Shown here piece after piece: positions 50,827 through 64,000 of a stretch of 64,000 nucleotides of DNA. The position numbers and the translations under genes are program-made. The DNA is taken from contig OZ024740.1 of the NCBI GenBank assembly GCA_964016885.1, forward strand, positions 67,394,001 through 67,458,000. Direction: 5' to 3'. Origin of the DNA: Eledone cirrhosa (taxonomy: Eukaryota). Within the stretch, counting starts at the first letter, position 1. Each line of letters opens with the position of its first letter. The notes under the pieces were generated by a model. The model was not told the origin of the DNA. It made no database searches and saw nothing but the letters and a program-made list of their open reading frames with translations.

Positions 50827-52923
50827 TTACCGTACTTTTCGTAGAGGAGGGATGGTTTTTACATCCCTTTTCACTTGATCGTCTGGTGAAGGGACCGTTG
50901 AATCGTCCCTTCGGCTGGTCGTCGGCTCTTCTAAGAGAATGTCTGAGTATACTCTTCGATTGATGGTTCCTCCTAGGTCCCTGAAATCACCAACTGCGTT
51001 GGGGAATTTCGTTTTAATATTTGTGTATTGTTTCTGTGCTATTTTTAGCAGTCTTATGTTAGTTGGCGTTTTGATTGGTGCTGGTATTATGTAGTCCTGT
51101 TGTGAAATGTCTGTGTGTTCAATTATGTAAGTCATTAGTTTCTTGTTGTGTGTATTTATTGCCGTGCATTTGTTTTTCTGGGGGTGGGGTGTGGTTCTGC
51201 TATTTTCTTGTCGTTGTTGCTGGGTGTGTGTGTTTTGTTGTTGTGTTTGCGATGTTGGTGCTTGTGGTGGTGGTGTTGAAGGTGTTGTTGGCGGTGGGGT
51301 TGTCGCCGGTGGTGATGGTGGCGCTAGTGTGGGTGGTGATGGTGTTGGTGTTGTTGCTGCTGTGGGTCTCTTTGCAGTAGACTTTACCCTTTTCTCATTT
51401 CTTTCCTCCCTTTTCAAAGGCGACGATGCGCTGCTTCTGCGTTTGTGCCTTCTTACGACCTTTTGCCATCTCTCTCCCACCTCACACTCCATGTCTGATT
51501 CTGTGAGGTCGGGGAGGGGTACCAACTCCACTCTTTCACTTGTTGTTGTTGGTGATGTTTGCACTGGAGTCTCTGTTGCAGCTGCATTTGGTATTGCTGT
51601 TGTTGTTGTTAGTATTTCCACTGCTGCTGCTGTTTTTGATTTCCGTGGAGTGGGTATGGGTGCCACGGGCCTATCGTTCCTGGTTGCCGCTTGTCCTGTT
51701 GCTGGTAGCCGTGGAGCCGGATTCGGAAGGAGGGGGGTTTTCTCCTTTCTCGGGGTCTTCTCGTTGCAGAAGGCCCTGAGGTGAGTCTTCGATCCACAGC
51801 GAAAGCATTTCGGGCGTTTGCCCTCAACACTTATGGGCAGTTGAGTGCCGTTATCGAAGTCTATCACATCCGGGATAGCTTCGATGCACTCCTGGTTGGT
51901 TTGGATTAGCATCTCAATGGAGGAGCCGACCCAATCTTCTCTTACTTTTTTCTGTACTTGCAGTACAGTTGTTTTGTCCTCGATTCCGACGAGGACAGAC
52001 GCGGCCAGCCAAGAAGGGGTCATTCCGGGGGGGACGTGGGTCAGTTTGACCCTCACAATTTTTTGCCCACAGTAGGAGGGCACCAACACCATTTCCTCGC
52101 TCCTTAGGGTCACTGCTGATTGGGCCTTTGCCTCCTGGGGTGTGGCAAAAAGTACGTCTACGGTGGAATATTTTTTGCCTCGGGTGATGTGCGTTTTCCG
52201 CTGCCACACAGACCCCAAGGCTTTTTGTATTTGGGCCTCTGTGGCTCTTTCCACCCTACGGGATTTTGCACTTACTGTACGGTACGTGACCGTACAGTGC
52301 TCTTGGGTTTCGAAAAAATTTTTCGCTGCCTTGCAGATTGCTCGGTATCCGTTCTTTGTCACCATCTTCTTCGCTTCCTCTAATTCCTCATTTGTTATGA
52401 GGATTGTTTCCAAGTTTTTCGCAATACCTGCAAATGAGATTGGTTTTTCTCTGCTGTTGTTGTTGTCGTCAGAGCTGCTGGTACTTTTGTTGTTGCTGCA
52501 GGTACTACGACTACTGCCTCCGCCGCTGTTGCTGTGGTTGTTGTTGGTGTTGCTGCTGCTAATGCTGTTGTTGTTTATGCTGCTGGTGATGCTGTTGCGG
52601 CTGCTACTGTTGTTTTCATTGTCACTGTTGCTGTTGTTATTACGGCTGCTACTGCTATTATTCCTGACGTCAGACGAATGAACTGGGTTTTCGTATTTCC
52701 CGCACACCTGTTTCGTCGCTGTCGTCGTCGTCGTGGAGAAACCTTGCACGCTTTGCACGAGACTTTTCTTTTCTTTCGTCACTTGCGAAAGAGAAGGGAG
52801 GGAGAGAGACACATTTAAAGAAGGGAGGGAGAGAGACAATCTTCTCTCTGCTGTAGTGATGATTGAGGAAGAAGAAGACGGAATGAGTGGGAGTGACGTA
52901 TGAAATTTCTTTTTTGTAGCCAT
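50827..52923 (-). CDS. Tx1 ORF1: gag-like nucleic-acid-binding protein with CCHC knuckle (698 aa)
   Basis: CFRCGSKTHLRAFC; low-complexity S/N and P/T linkers; immediately upstream of ORF2. Confidence 0.9.
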   Translation of the reverse strand: MATKKKFHTSLPLIPSSSSSIITTAERRLSLSLPSLNVSLSLPSLSQVTKEKKSLVQSVQGFSTTTTTATKQVCGKYENPVHSSDVRNNSSSSRNNNSNSDNENNSSSRNSITSSINNNSISSSNTNNNHSNSGGGSSRSTCSNNKSTSSSDDNNNSREKPISFAGIAKNLETILITNEELEEAKKMVTKNGYRAICKAAKNFFETQEHCTVTYRTVSAKSRRVERATEAQIQKALGSVWQRKTHITRGKKYSTVDVLFATPQEAKAQSAVTLRSEEMVLVPSYCGQKIVRVKLTHVPPGMTPSWLAASVLVGIEDKTTVLQVQKKVREDWVGSSIEMLIQTNQECIEAIPDVIDFDNGTQLPISVEGKRPKCFRCGSKTHLRAFCNEKTPRKEKTPLLPNPAPRLPATGQAATRNDRPVAPIPTPRKSKTAAAVEILTTTTAIPNAAATETPVQTSPTTTSERVELVPLPDLTESDMECEVGERWQKVVRRHKRRSSASSPLKREERNEKRVKSTAKRPTAATTPTPSPPTLAPPSPPATTPPPTTPSTPPPQAPTSQTQQQNTHTQQQRQENSRTTPHPQKNKCTAINTHNKKLMTYIIEHTDISQQDYIIPAPIKTPTNIRLLKIAQKQYTNIKTKFPNAVGDFRDLGGTINRRVYSDILLEEPTTSRRDDSTVPSPDDQVKRDVKTIPPLRKVR

Positions 52924-53138
52924 GTTGTTTTTTGTTTAAAATGAAATTTTGGGTACAAAACCCCAATAACTGGTTATTTAACCCCGAAGGGCCAAATAAC
53001 GGACAGAAAGACCCCTCTCACGAGGAGGAGGGTGTCTTTATCAACAATTTGGTTCAAGTTTTAAACAATTTACAATTGTTTTAACGGTTAAAAATTACTA
53101 TACCTTACAGAGCCGAGCCTCCGTCAACCATGGCATTC

Positions 53139-53169
<31 letters not shown>

Positions 53170-54740
53170 TCTTCTTTATTGACCACGAGGGTTGTCATAT
53201 AGTATCAAATTAAGGACAGCCCAGGACGGTACAGAACTGTACAAATGGGCATATAATGAAAAATAACAATAACAAGGGAAATGAGGAAAAAAAAGAAAAC
53301 AAAGGAAAACTACCCAATAGGGGATGGAGACTTCCGAGGGACATTCGTGATGAAAGCTCATTAAAAAAGCCACGGTAACCCTGACCACCAGGGAAAGTAC
53401 CTTCTCCCAGTTTTCCACCGCCAATTTACTGCCGTATACTCAGAGCAGGCCCATTCACTCGGGCCATGCTTGCCTCGCTCACCATCTTTTAACAAATTGC
53501 TGGGAAGAGATCACATCCCTCTCCACCCTGTTTTTCCTTTTCAAATGAAATTTGAAAAAAGTTAATCAGGGCATAACTGAAGAGGTAAGTGCTCGTCTTT
53601 AGCCCTTTCAAACGCGTCCACCACACGACCTCTTTCACAATGGCTTCCTGGCTAAAGGAAAACGGCGTGGCAGTCCTCACAATGGACTCAGCTGATAGCT
53701 GGATCCGTCATACTCGCGACAGCAGGTGTTCAACATAAACCCACAAGTCAGCAATTCTTGGACATTGGACAAGTGCGTGCAGGACGGTTTCGTAGCCCTG
53801 CGCATCTCGGACAGCCCGGCTGACGGTACTTTCATGCCTGTAGAGTTTATCCCGAACTGGCAAAGCTTCCCGGTAGCACTGCCAGGCGAGGATTTTCTGG
53901 AAGTTCTCCATGGGCCCCGCCCCGAAAGTTCTTCCGAAGAGATTGGCTAATTGACTTTCGTCGACGCCCAGAGTCTCCCCAAAGACATCGTCGCTCTTTT
54001 CCTCCACCTCCACTAACCCTCTATAGAACACCAAGGCGGATTTTCCACCGATTGCAAGGCCCGATTGCTAGAGGGCCGTGAGTGCCTGAAGACATTCCAA
54101 TCTCCAAGCATTCCCTCTCGGTTTTCGCTTGACTCAGGACTGAAGCTCCGTCAAGGAGACGAGCTGGTGGAAAACGCATCTAGCAAACGGCGACCACACC
54201 TGATAACCTTCGAGGAAGATGTGGAGATGCCGTAGCCTGAGCTCATGTTTGCGCATCATCAGCCATGGCATGCCTAGCCCTCCACGTAGCGGGTGTTGAC
54301 AGCAAATGGACCGCCTGACAATCTGAGCGCGTCCCTTCTACAAAAAGTAGACAGTGGAGGCTTAGGACACGGCATGACGATCAGTAGATGACAGACGCAA
54401 TGTACGCGTTCTCCACCTCCACTAGACCTTCATTGATAACCTTCTTTCCGACCAATTCCGTGTGGTAGGGGCAACTTGTTCGTTACATCGTCCCAGCTCT
54501 TGTCCACCAGGATGGCTGGTCCGAACTAGACCACAAGCAACTTCATTCATTCATCCGACAAAATCTGCCGGCACGGTTGCATGCATTTGTCTTTCCAAGT
54601 GTTGAGCTGCAAATCCACCGACTATCCATTTTCAGTTCTGCTCCCGCTTCATTTCATATTCCCCTAAGGATGTGCCGAGCACTTGATTTCCGAGATGTTC
54701 GACACCATCACGCTGATGTCGTCCACATATGTCGCATTTG
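53170..54740 (-). mobile_element. Tx1-clade LINE copy D, 5'-truncated near the YADD motif, degenerate
   Basis: 3' UTR and ORF2 C-terminus collinear with copy C. Confidence 0.9.
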
Positions 54741-54764
54741 TCATAAATAAAAAGTAAATAAAAA

Positions 54765-54837
54765 TAATTGTTTCTACTTTTGGCACATGGCCAGCAATTA
54801 TCCAATGCATTACTGGTACTTTATTCTATCGACCTCG
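54765..54837 (-). mobile_element. 5'-truncated SINE with TSD
   Basis: aaaagtaaataaaaataat on both sides. Confidence 0.8.
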
Positions 54838-54924
54838 AAAAAGTAAATAAAAATAATAAAATAAATTTTACAAGATCATTTAATAAATAAAGTATTCTGA
54901 CAGAAACCCTCCCCCACCCCAGGT

Positions 54925-56265
54925 ACCAAGAACGTGTCTGGAGTTCTCCTCTCTTCAGAATGGTACATCCGCGTGAGATGGAAAGAATATTTTGCTGATC
55001 TTCTAAACCCGATCACAACAGCATCTTCTGATGTGCACGTGGTGCTTCTGGGAGCGGTAACTAATCTCTCAGAAGCTGAAGTCACAAGAGTTAAAGAGCT
55101 CAAATATAGCAAAGCCGCTGGGAAAGAAGAAATCTGGCCCAAGATGTTAAAGACCTTAGAAAAGGTATTCTCTGGCTGACTCAAGTGTGCTGGCTGGCCT
55201 GGACCTCTGCAAAGGCACCTAAGCAATGGTAATTGGGAGTGATAATTCTAAATTTCACAAAAGTGTACACGAGAGATTGCTCCAAATACAGAAAGATCTC
55301 CCTGTTAAGCCTCCCGGTAAAGTCTATGCTCAGTGGTTGACAAAGAATGCAGCGTGATTATCTAGTCCAAGCTATCTGATGAACAATGTGTGTTTCGCCC
55401 CAGACAGAGCACAGCCGACCAAATATTCACACTGTGGCAGGTATTCGAAAAATCGTGGGAGTATTCCCAAGAAGTATATTCTTCTTTTGTCGACCTTGAA
55501 AAGGCACATGACCTCGTTCTGCAGATTGAGGGTAAGCTTCTTGCAGCCCTGTTGGCTGTGTACGAATGCCATAGAATTCGAGTTAGGATAAATGGTGTTA
55601 AATTGAAACCATTCAGTATGGATGTAGGGTACCGCTAAGGACACGTACTGCCATCTATCCTGTTCATTATTGACATAAACAGGATTTACATGGAAGTGGT
55701 GTCATGACTGGCGGGTGTATAATTAGTCGGCTGGAGTTTGCAGTCTACATGGCGTTATTTAACTCATGAGAAGATGATCTTCGACTTGCACTTGATATGT
55801 TTGAATGCCGAGTGATGCATGACTGGAATGAAAATCAGTGCTGCGAAAACTGAGACACTCGTCCACTGAAGAAAACCTGCGGAGTGCACTCTACATGTGA
55901 ATGGATTTCCACTGAAGAAGGTAGAGAAGTTTGAGTATCTCAGGGTCGTGTTCACGAGTGATGGAAAGCATGAGGCTGAATTCAGTGCAACAATTGCAGG
56001 AGCTGTTGCAGTAATATGCCAGTTTCAGTATTCAGTAGCCACAAGAAGGGAGGTAGGTGTTAAATGCCAAACAGGCTATCTTCAATACGGTATTCATGCC
56101 AACCCTTACCTATGATCATGAATCTTGGATAACGACCGAAAGAATACGATCGCAAATTCAAGAGGCCCAAATGGTATTCCTTCGAAGATCACAGCTCCAA
56201 TACTATGGGCATGCGGTTAGAATGTCTCAGAAAAGAAACGCTGGACAGATTTTATCCGGCAAATA
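54925..56265 (+). pseudogene. Degenerate RTE-clade LINE RT region
   Basis: RWKEYFADLLNP, KAAG.EEI.PKMLK, FRP..STADQIFTL.Q..EKSWEY, FVDLEKAHD, VEKFEYL, L.Y..ESW, LQYYGH..RM. Confidence 0.82.
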
Positions 56266-56323
56266 AAATTATTTATGTATTTGTATGTTCGCATCACACT
56301 TTTTTCTCTCTCTCTCACACACA

Positions 56324-56424
<101 letters not shown>

Positions 56425-56562
56425 AGAGATGGAGTGAAGAGAGCTATATAGATATATAGATATATGTATATATATATGCATGTGTGTGTGTGTTTGTGTG
56501 TATGTGTGTATGTGAATCCATATGTGTGTGTGTGCACCTGTGTATGTATTTGCATAATACAC

Positions 56563-56636
<74 letters not shown>

Positions 56637-57314
56637 GGTACAGTCTATACATATCCCAACTCACTTGCTCTTACTTTCTCTGTATTTGTTTATTTTTCTA
56701 CATGGTGAAACTAAATCTTACTATGATAATATACTAAATACACCACCTACTATGGGACTTTAAGAAAAAAGATTGTGTCTTTGATGTATATTTGTTTTCT
56801 TTATTATGTTCCTTTACTTCTTTCTCTAAACTCTTTACTGCCCAGTCGACAGGGTGTGGTTTTCTGAATATAATGAATCCGGTGTCTCAATAACATGAAT
56901 GAATCAATTAATAATACGAATGGTTGATTTTGCCTGTGGGTAAACAGAAAACATTGAAAATCAAATACTCAGTCAGGGTAATTACTTCCCATGCATTGAA
57001 ACATATTGTAGAGTTATTAAATTGACGAGTGTATTGAATCGGAAGATACTGTAGAAATCATGATTAACCCTTTCTTTACCATAGCTCTACTGGAAAATGA
57101 CTCATGAATTTCCAAGATTTGGAAATAATCAATAATTATAACTACGCTCTTCATTATTAAGTCGGTGTTTGCGGCATACCTTAACAAACTTTCATTCATA
57201 GTAGATTTATGAAGATTTTATATAAATATATATACTTTAAAATAAATGGCAGCTTATGGTGCTTTCAAATTAAATTTGTTAAAAACCTTTAATAGTTCTG
57301 CTACAATGAACTCA

Positions 57315-58122
<808 letters not shown>

Positions 58123-58199
58123 GTATATATATATAGGTATATATATATATATATATATATAGTATTAATTATACTATTTATGGTTATACAAAAACCTTT

Positions 58200-58275
<76 letters not shown>

Positions 58276-58517
58276 TATATATGGTGGCTGCCAACTCGTT
58301 TTCGAGTACGGCCACTACTTTATATCCATGTAGGAGAACCCCTACCGATGCGCTGAACAAGTGTGACTTTTTAGTCCGGCCAGCGACTTGAAAACTCTGG
58401 TACAAACACTACACTTGTGACAATCATTGACACATAGTGCTGGGCCCATGGTACCATGTGACGACAAGTGCAGAGAGATCTCTAGATATACATATATATA
58501 TATACATATATATATAC

Positions 58518-58646
<129 letters not shown>

Positions 58647-58727
58647 GTTCCTCCTGTTGTTTTGTATATCTACGTCATCTTTCAGATGGTGTAGATATAC
58701 AATACATACATATATATATATATATAT

Positions 58728-58933
58728 ATAGGAACGAGTAGGACCCCGACGGCTGAGCTCAAGCCGTTTCGACGGCTAATTCTGGTCTAGAATTAGTCCA
58801 GAATTAGCCGTCGAAACGGCTTGAACTTATCCGTCGGGGTCCTACTCGTTCCTATTACCCACTCTACTACCCTAAGTATTGAGTACTTTGGTGCGTTATG
58901 GTCCACCTGGTTCCTTACCACATTTCCTTCGTC
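58728..58933. repeat. 58-bp-arm fold-back element between (TA)n tracts
   Basis: 58728-58785 pairs with 58798-58855 with few mismatches. Confidence 0.85.
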
Positions 58934-59034
58934 ATATATATATATATATATATATGTAAAATAGGTGGTTCAGTAGATTCGTGGTTAAACTGAGGGAAAT
59001 ACCAAAACAACACTCTAGGCTTAGGCAGACTGTA

Positions 59035-59255
59035 TATATTACAAAACAAAGTGAGGTTTCACATTATGGTCTTTATTATCTATAAGATGAGATTTTGGTT
59101 TTCCTTGATTAACAAGTCGGATGAGCAGATCAGACTGGAATTGTTTCTATACAATTTACATGGATGGATAATGAGCTGTTCATCTGTAAAACGGTCGTAA
59201 CTGTGTATAATGAATAAAGACCTGAACGTGAAACCTCGCTTTGTTTTTAATATAT
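59035..59255 (+). repeat. Fold-back island with decayed hammerhead at 59115-59202
   Basis: Inverted ends aaaacaaagtgaggtttcac / gtgaaacctcgctttgtttt; AGT-CGGATGA-GCAGAT...ATCTGT-AAAA-CGGTCG-TA-ACT then AATAAA. Confidence 0.55.
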
Positions 59256-59316
59256 ATTTCTCTCTCTCTCTCTCTCTCTGTATATATATATAGAGAGATA
59301 TATATAGATATATATA

Positions 59317-59965
59317 GGATTTCTCCGTGCGTTTCTTCGGAAACTATGTTTATTCCCTTTCAGAAACTAATTAGTTGGAGTGAAATTTTAGTAAGTTAAT
59401 TTTTATAATTTTCTTATTTTACGTCTTTCATATTATTGTTCTGCATCCCCTTGCATTGAACCACAAAGTTACTAAGACAAAACCTATATATTTACTACCA
59501 TATGTATGCATCTGTATATATATGTTAGTAGATATACTAATTCTTTATAATTATCTCGAAATTATTTTGTTGAGCAAAAATTTGCCAACACTGCTACTAT
59601 AGTTCATAGTAATGATTCGGCTGCTGTCTTCTTAACACACCACTCCTCACTGATTAACCTCGATGTCACGTGATTGATACTTTTGAATTTGCCACCGACC
59701 GAGTAGGCAGTGATTTTTTAAATGTCTTGGAACTTAGTCCACGCTTTGCTTTTTTCCATCCCCATCCACTGAATTATTTTTGTATAAGTTCCCTGTGTCC
59801 ACGCATTGCCTGGAAACTTAGCTGAGAATAGACTTCCCTGATGACGAAAGGATTTCTCCGTGCGTTTCTTCGGAAACTTTGTTTATTCCCTTTCAGAAAC
59901 TAATTAGTTGGAGTGAAATTTTAGTAAGTCAATTTTTATAATTTTCTTGTTTTACGTCTTTCATA
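59317..59965. repeat. ~115-bp direct repeat (59317-59432 and 59850-59965), spacing ~533 bp, in TA-rich context
   Basis: aggatttctccgtgcgtttcttcggaaact...tttacgtctttcatat occurs twice. Confidence 0.85.
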
Positions 59966-61107
59966 TATAGATATAGATATATTGTTTTCGAACCTCCGTC
60001 GTTTGTAACGACGAGAGTTTCAGTTGTTTGATAACTGGAGAATTAGTTCACATAGGGTATTCTGGAGTTGCATAGAATCACGAATCGACTGAATTTTTGT
60101 ACTATTTAAACGAGTAGAATATAATGTTATACCACCTAATTTATCAATATAAAGAAAAGAAAATTCTAGTGATTTGACTGGATCGATACCTCTTTTCAAA
60201 ATGCCTTGATTGATAGGATTAAGTGTCGATATTATCCCCAAACTGGGAATTTACTGTAAAAGTTTACACGACAATCATTCGGTTATGGGCACCTAAGAGC
60301 CAGCCAAGTTGTGTTGCTGAGCCGGGCTACTGATTAAACCGAGCCCAAGATTTTTAATTTTGTCATTTACTATCCATAAGACGGTAGTATATATACAGTC
60401 AATAAGTTATTGAGGACGTGTAGCTTATTGGCTTGGGTGTTTATTTCATAACCGTGAGTTCGATTCGCGGTGGCACACCTTGTCATGTATATCAGATTGC
60501 TTCAGTCCACTAAGCAATAAATAATTATTTGTACGTTGGCCAGTTTTGTCACCTGCCGTGTTACGCTAATCTTCTAGAGAACTAAATGGAATGGTCAGTT
60601 ACTCACATGTTAGTTGCACGAGCAGTCTACTCTATTCTGCAAACAACAGAAATACTCATCAACAAAATCGACTGAAGTCGAAATATTAAAATAATTATTG
60701 TTGTTTTGCCTCTTTAGACTCTTTAGAATATATCGTGTTTAATTATGACCATGAGCCTTTACGCAGTGCTCATCCATCGTTTTAAACTTAGTTGATACCA
60801 GACTACAATATCTAATATACTCTTCCCTTTTGTAAAAAGCAATAGGTAGGATTTATGAAAGATTTATCTACTATTTCTAGGAGGTTGGATGAACAAGTTG
60901 AAATTCCATCATGGACTTGCACATAGCTATTTATCAACAGGCGCTATGAGAATAAATAAAAAAATGAAAATGATGATTATACATGGACATTTTGAAAGAG
61001 ATGGATAGGGAGTGTTATGTATGTACGTATGTATGTGTGTATGTATGTGTGTATTTATGTATGTATGTATGAGCGTGTGTAGTTATGTATGTATTGTACA
61101 TGTCTGA

Positions 61108-61180
<73 letters not shown>

Positions 61181-63054
61181 ACATTTCCCTTTGTACTATT
61201 TCCTTTAATATCATGCTTTCTTCATTTTATTACCGCACATTTGATAACTAGGTGTTAGAACACATTCATGTGATTGCCATAAACTAAACTTAAAGCAACA
61301 TCATGATTATCGTAATAAAACTGATGTTTGCCTTTGTAATTACCATCATGCCATCAACATAGACAAATCGGTTGCTTGTGAAACATAACTATGAACGGTT
61401 GCTATAAACGCTGTATGTATACAGTATACAACAATGGTTGCTATAGATTTTGTCAATTATCAAAAGAAACTTCAGGAATGTATATAATGTTATGAGAAGC
61501 CGCTCTGTATCATCTCATCAATGAACCATATCGATAAATTTTGATTTAAAAAAATCCATTCATATACATATTTAAGGAATAGCATAGTGCTAGGAAAGCC
61601 GTAATCCTTATTGCAATATAGGCTTAAAACATTTTCCGCAATAAAGATGAAAATGCTGATGCTGATCGTGATGGCGATGATGATTATCATGAGGAAAAGG
61701 TAGAAGAGGGGGGAGAAGGGGACTATGGTGGCAGTAGTGATAGTGATGATAATGATGATGATGATGATGATAATGGCAACACTGATGAGGATGATGGTGA
61801 CGACGACAATGACGGTGATGTCGGTTATGATCATCATCTCATTGATGACAATGATGACGGGTATAATGACTGAAAAGATGTGGATGACAATAAGGACACG
61901 ATTTTAATATGGTGATTACTATATTTATTGATGAATGTAATAGTATTAAATGTAGAAGTATTTGTCTTGAATATATGAATATAATGTTGGTTGGTCTGTT
62001 AGTATAAATAGTAGCTGTGCTATTTTATTATTTGATTCTAATTTCAGTCATTGTAGTAATCTTTAAAAACTGATCACAGTGCTAGTATGAGATAAAAGAA
62101 ATAATTACAACAGCCGTGTCATTGATAAACTACAGCTTCAACAGAACAAATTGGAAAGTTATTCAGCGTAGATTGTAAAAGTTAGAAACTATTAATGACG
62201 CTCCGAATCCACCACCTTCACCTCTGACAGAAAATAGAAGACTATTACAAAGTACCAACTATACAACTTACAAAATTAATTAGTTATCATTTGGAAGCCT
62301 TTTAATAAATTGAAGGCAGATGGTCAAAATAAGAAAATAATTTTCTGTAGAGGATAACACCCTAAAGCACAATTTACAAGCTAATACCGCAGAAGAAACA
62401 GATTTAGATATGAATCGCGTGGAAAATCAAAAGTCCATGTCAAAATTAAATTTCAGAATAGATGAAAGTAAAACAGAAACTACCCACATTATAACCAGTG
62501 CCCCACACCGAAATAAACTAAGACTAGGTAAAAACAAACAATGGATAAAATGTTCTGGTTTTAAAGTGGATACATTTCAATCTCTGTAATCAGCCCAATG
62601 AGATGGTTGGTGGCATCAGATATGGTTGCCCAATTCTTGTAAAGCTAGAATATATGCGTTGACGGGATAGAGTCGGCAATCATTCCAATCGGTCAATATG
62701 CCGACTCTTCGTGTAAAAACGGAGAAGTAGTGCTAGCATGTATCATACATTGTAACCGACAAAAAATATGGTCCCAGTCAATTAGAATGTGCCTGTCCAA
62801 ACTAACAAGGGGATCACAGCAACCTGATAAAATCAATTAAACGAACACATATGACTGCACACTGATAGACATTTTATCCACTGACACAGAAAAATATTAT
62901 TTGTAAAAAATCAAGAACCTATGAAAATACGAAGATCTTCAAACTGAAAAACGTAGCAGGTGGAGTAAGAAAATAAAAAAAACAGTACGAATTATGATTA
63001 GAATACAATGAATCATAATGAAGTATCATTCAACATTAAATGAAGGTGACATTA

Positions 63055-63855
63055 TTAATTGTTTCTAATTTAGATGCAAGCTCAGTAACTAGTTGGAGAG
63101 GTGAAAGTCGAATAAATCGAAAGAAGTACTTGACTAAGTATTTTATATAAGAGAACATAAATGTATGCAAATGAAAATTGACTTCGACGGGATTTATGAC
63201 CAGAGATACTACACGTCATTTATCAGACACTCTAACGATGCTTCCAGTCCACCATCTTTTAATAATAATAATTGTTTCTACTTTTGGCACAAGGCCAGCA
63301 ATCATCCCAGTGCATTACTGGTACTTTAAGGACGAAAGGCAAAGTTAACCTCGGCGGGATTTGAAATCAGATCGTAAAGGCCAGTAACTACATGCTGCAA
63401 ACCATGCCGTCCGATCCTCTAACGATACTGCCAATCCAAATGATGGTTTCTTTATTTAATAATAATAATAATGATGATGAGTTCTATAGGCAAAAGGCCA
63501 GCAATTTCGGGGAAGGGGAAAATTGATTAAATCGATCCCAGTACGTTATCGAACCCTTAAGGATGAAAGTCAAAGCTAACTTCAGCAGGATTGAAACTCA
63601 GAAAGTAAAGGGCCATAATTCTGTGCCAAAAATCATATTGGCCGATGCCCTACAGATACTGCCAATCCAAATAATAATAACGATTTCTTGTATAGGTACA
63701 AGGCCAGTAATTTGAAGGGGAGGGGAAAGTAGATTAAATAGACTCCAGTGCATTACTGCTACTTTATTTTATCGACCCCGTAAGGATGAAGGGCAAAGTT
63801 AACCTTGGCAGGATTTGAACTCAAATCATAAAGGGCCGTAACTCTATGCTAACGT
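63055..63855 (-). mobile_element. Four head-to-tail SINE copies of differing divergence separated by TAA repeats
   Basis: Copies begin at ~63057, 63270, 63478 and 63680; spacers taataataat. Confidence 0.82.
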
Positions 63856-64000
63856 AATAATAATTTTTAAGAAATGCAAACGGCCATATTCGATTATTTT
63901 GGCCTCATTATGATGTGGATAACGATGATATTACGAAGGATCAGGTAGCTGATCATAAAGATGAAGTGTGCGCGGAGGAAACTACTAATCACATATAACA

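Larger units (their letters stand above)
47102..53138 (-). mobile_element. Tx1-clade LINE copy C, full length (~6.0 kb), two intact ORFs
   Basis: 5' UTR, ORF1, ORF2 and 3' UTR with AATAAA; pure (TAA)n at 47053-47101 and 53139-53168. Confidence 0.95.

Noticed and set aside
47444-52818. Plus-strand ORFs overlapping the Tx1 ORFs
   Set aside because: Antisense shadows of GC-rich coding sequence
58280-58490. ctgaaca...gaaa motif in a TA-flanked island
   Set aside because: Position 8 does not pair with position 3 and stems I and III are unconvincing
62050-63050. A-rich stretch resembling a decayed transposon ORF
   Set aside because: No diagnostic motif could be read with confidence

Overview
Eukaryotic, AT-rich, microsatellite-dense DNA, most likely intergenic or intronic sequence of an octopod cephalopod (inferred from the SINE and LINE types, not verified). 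I can support no host protein-coding gene. Nearly all identifiable content is retroelement-derived and falls into two microsatellite-associated groups. (1) A ~21 kb pile-up at 33.9-54.9 kb on (TAA)n tracts: four same-strand Tx1-clade LINEs (one with intact ORF1 and ORF2), two tiny Tx1 3' stubs, two opposite-strand R4/Dong-type RLE fragments, and tRNA-derived SINEs whose 3' end resembles the Tx1 3' end. (2) Penelope-like or retrozyme-like elements embedded in (TA)n, typically with a 5' fold-back inversion and minimal type I hammerhead ribozymes (HHRs). The clearest is a near-identical 593-bp tandem array in which every copy carries an HHR with the compensatory U3-A8 core (UUGAUAA). A separate ~315-bp family shows C3-G8 in one copy and U3-A8 in another. 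All ribozyme calls were folded by eye and need computational and biochemical confirmation.
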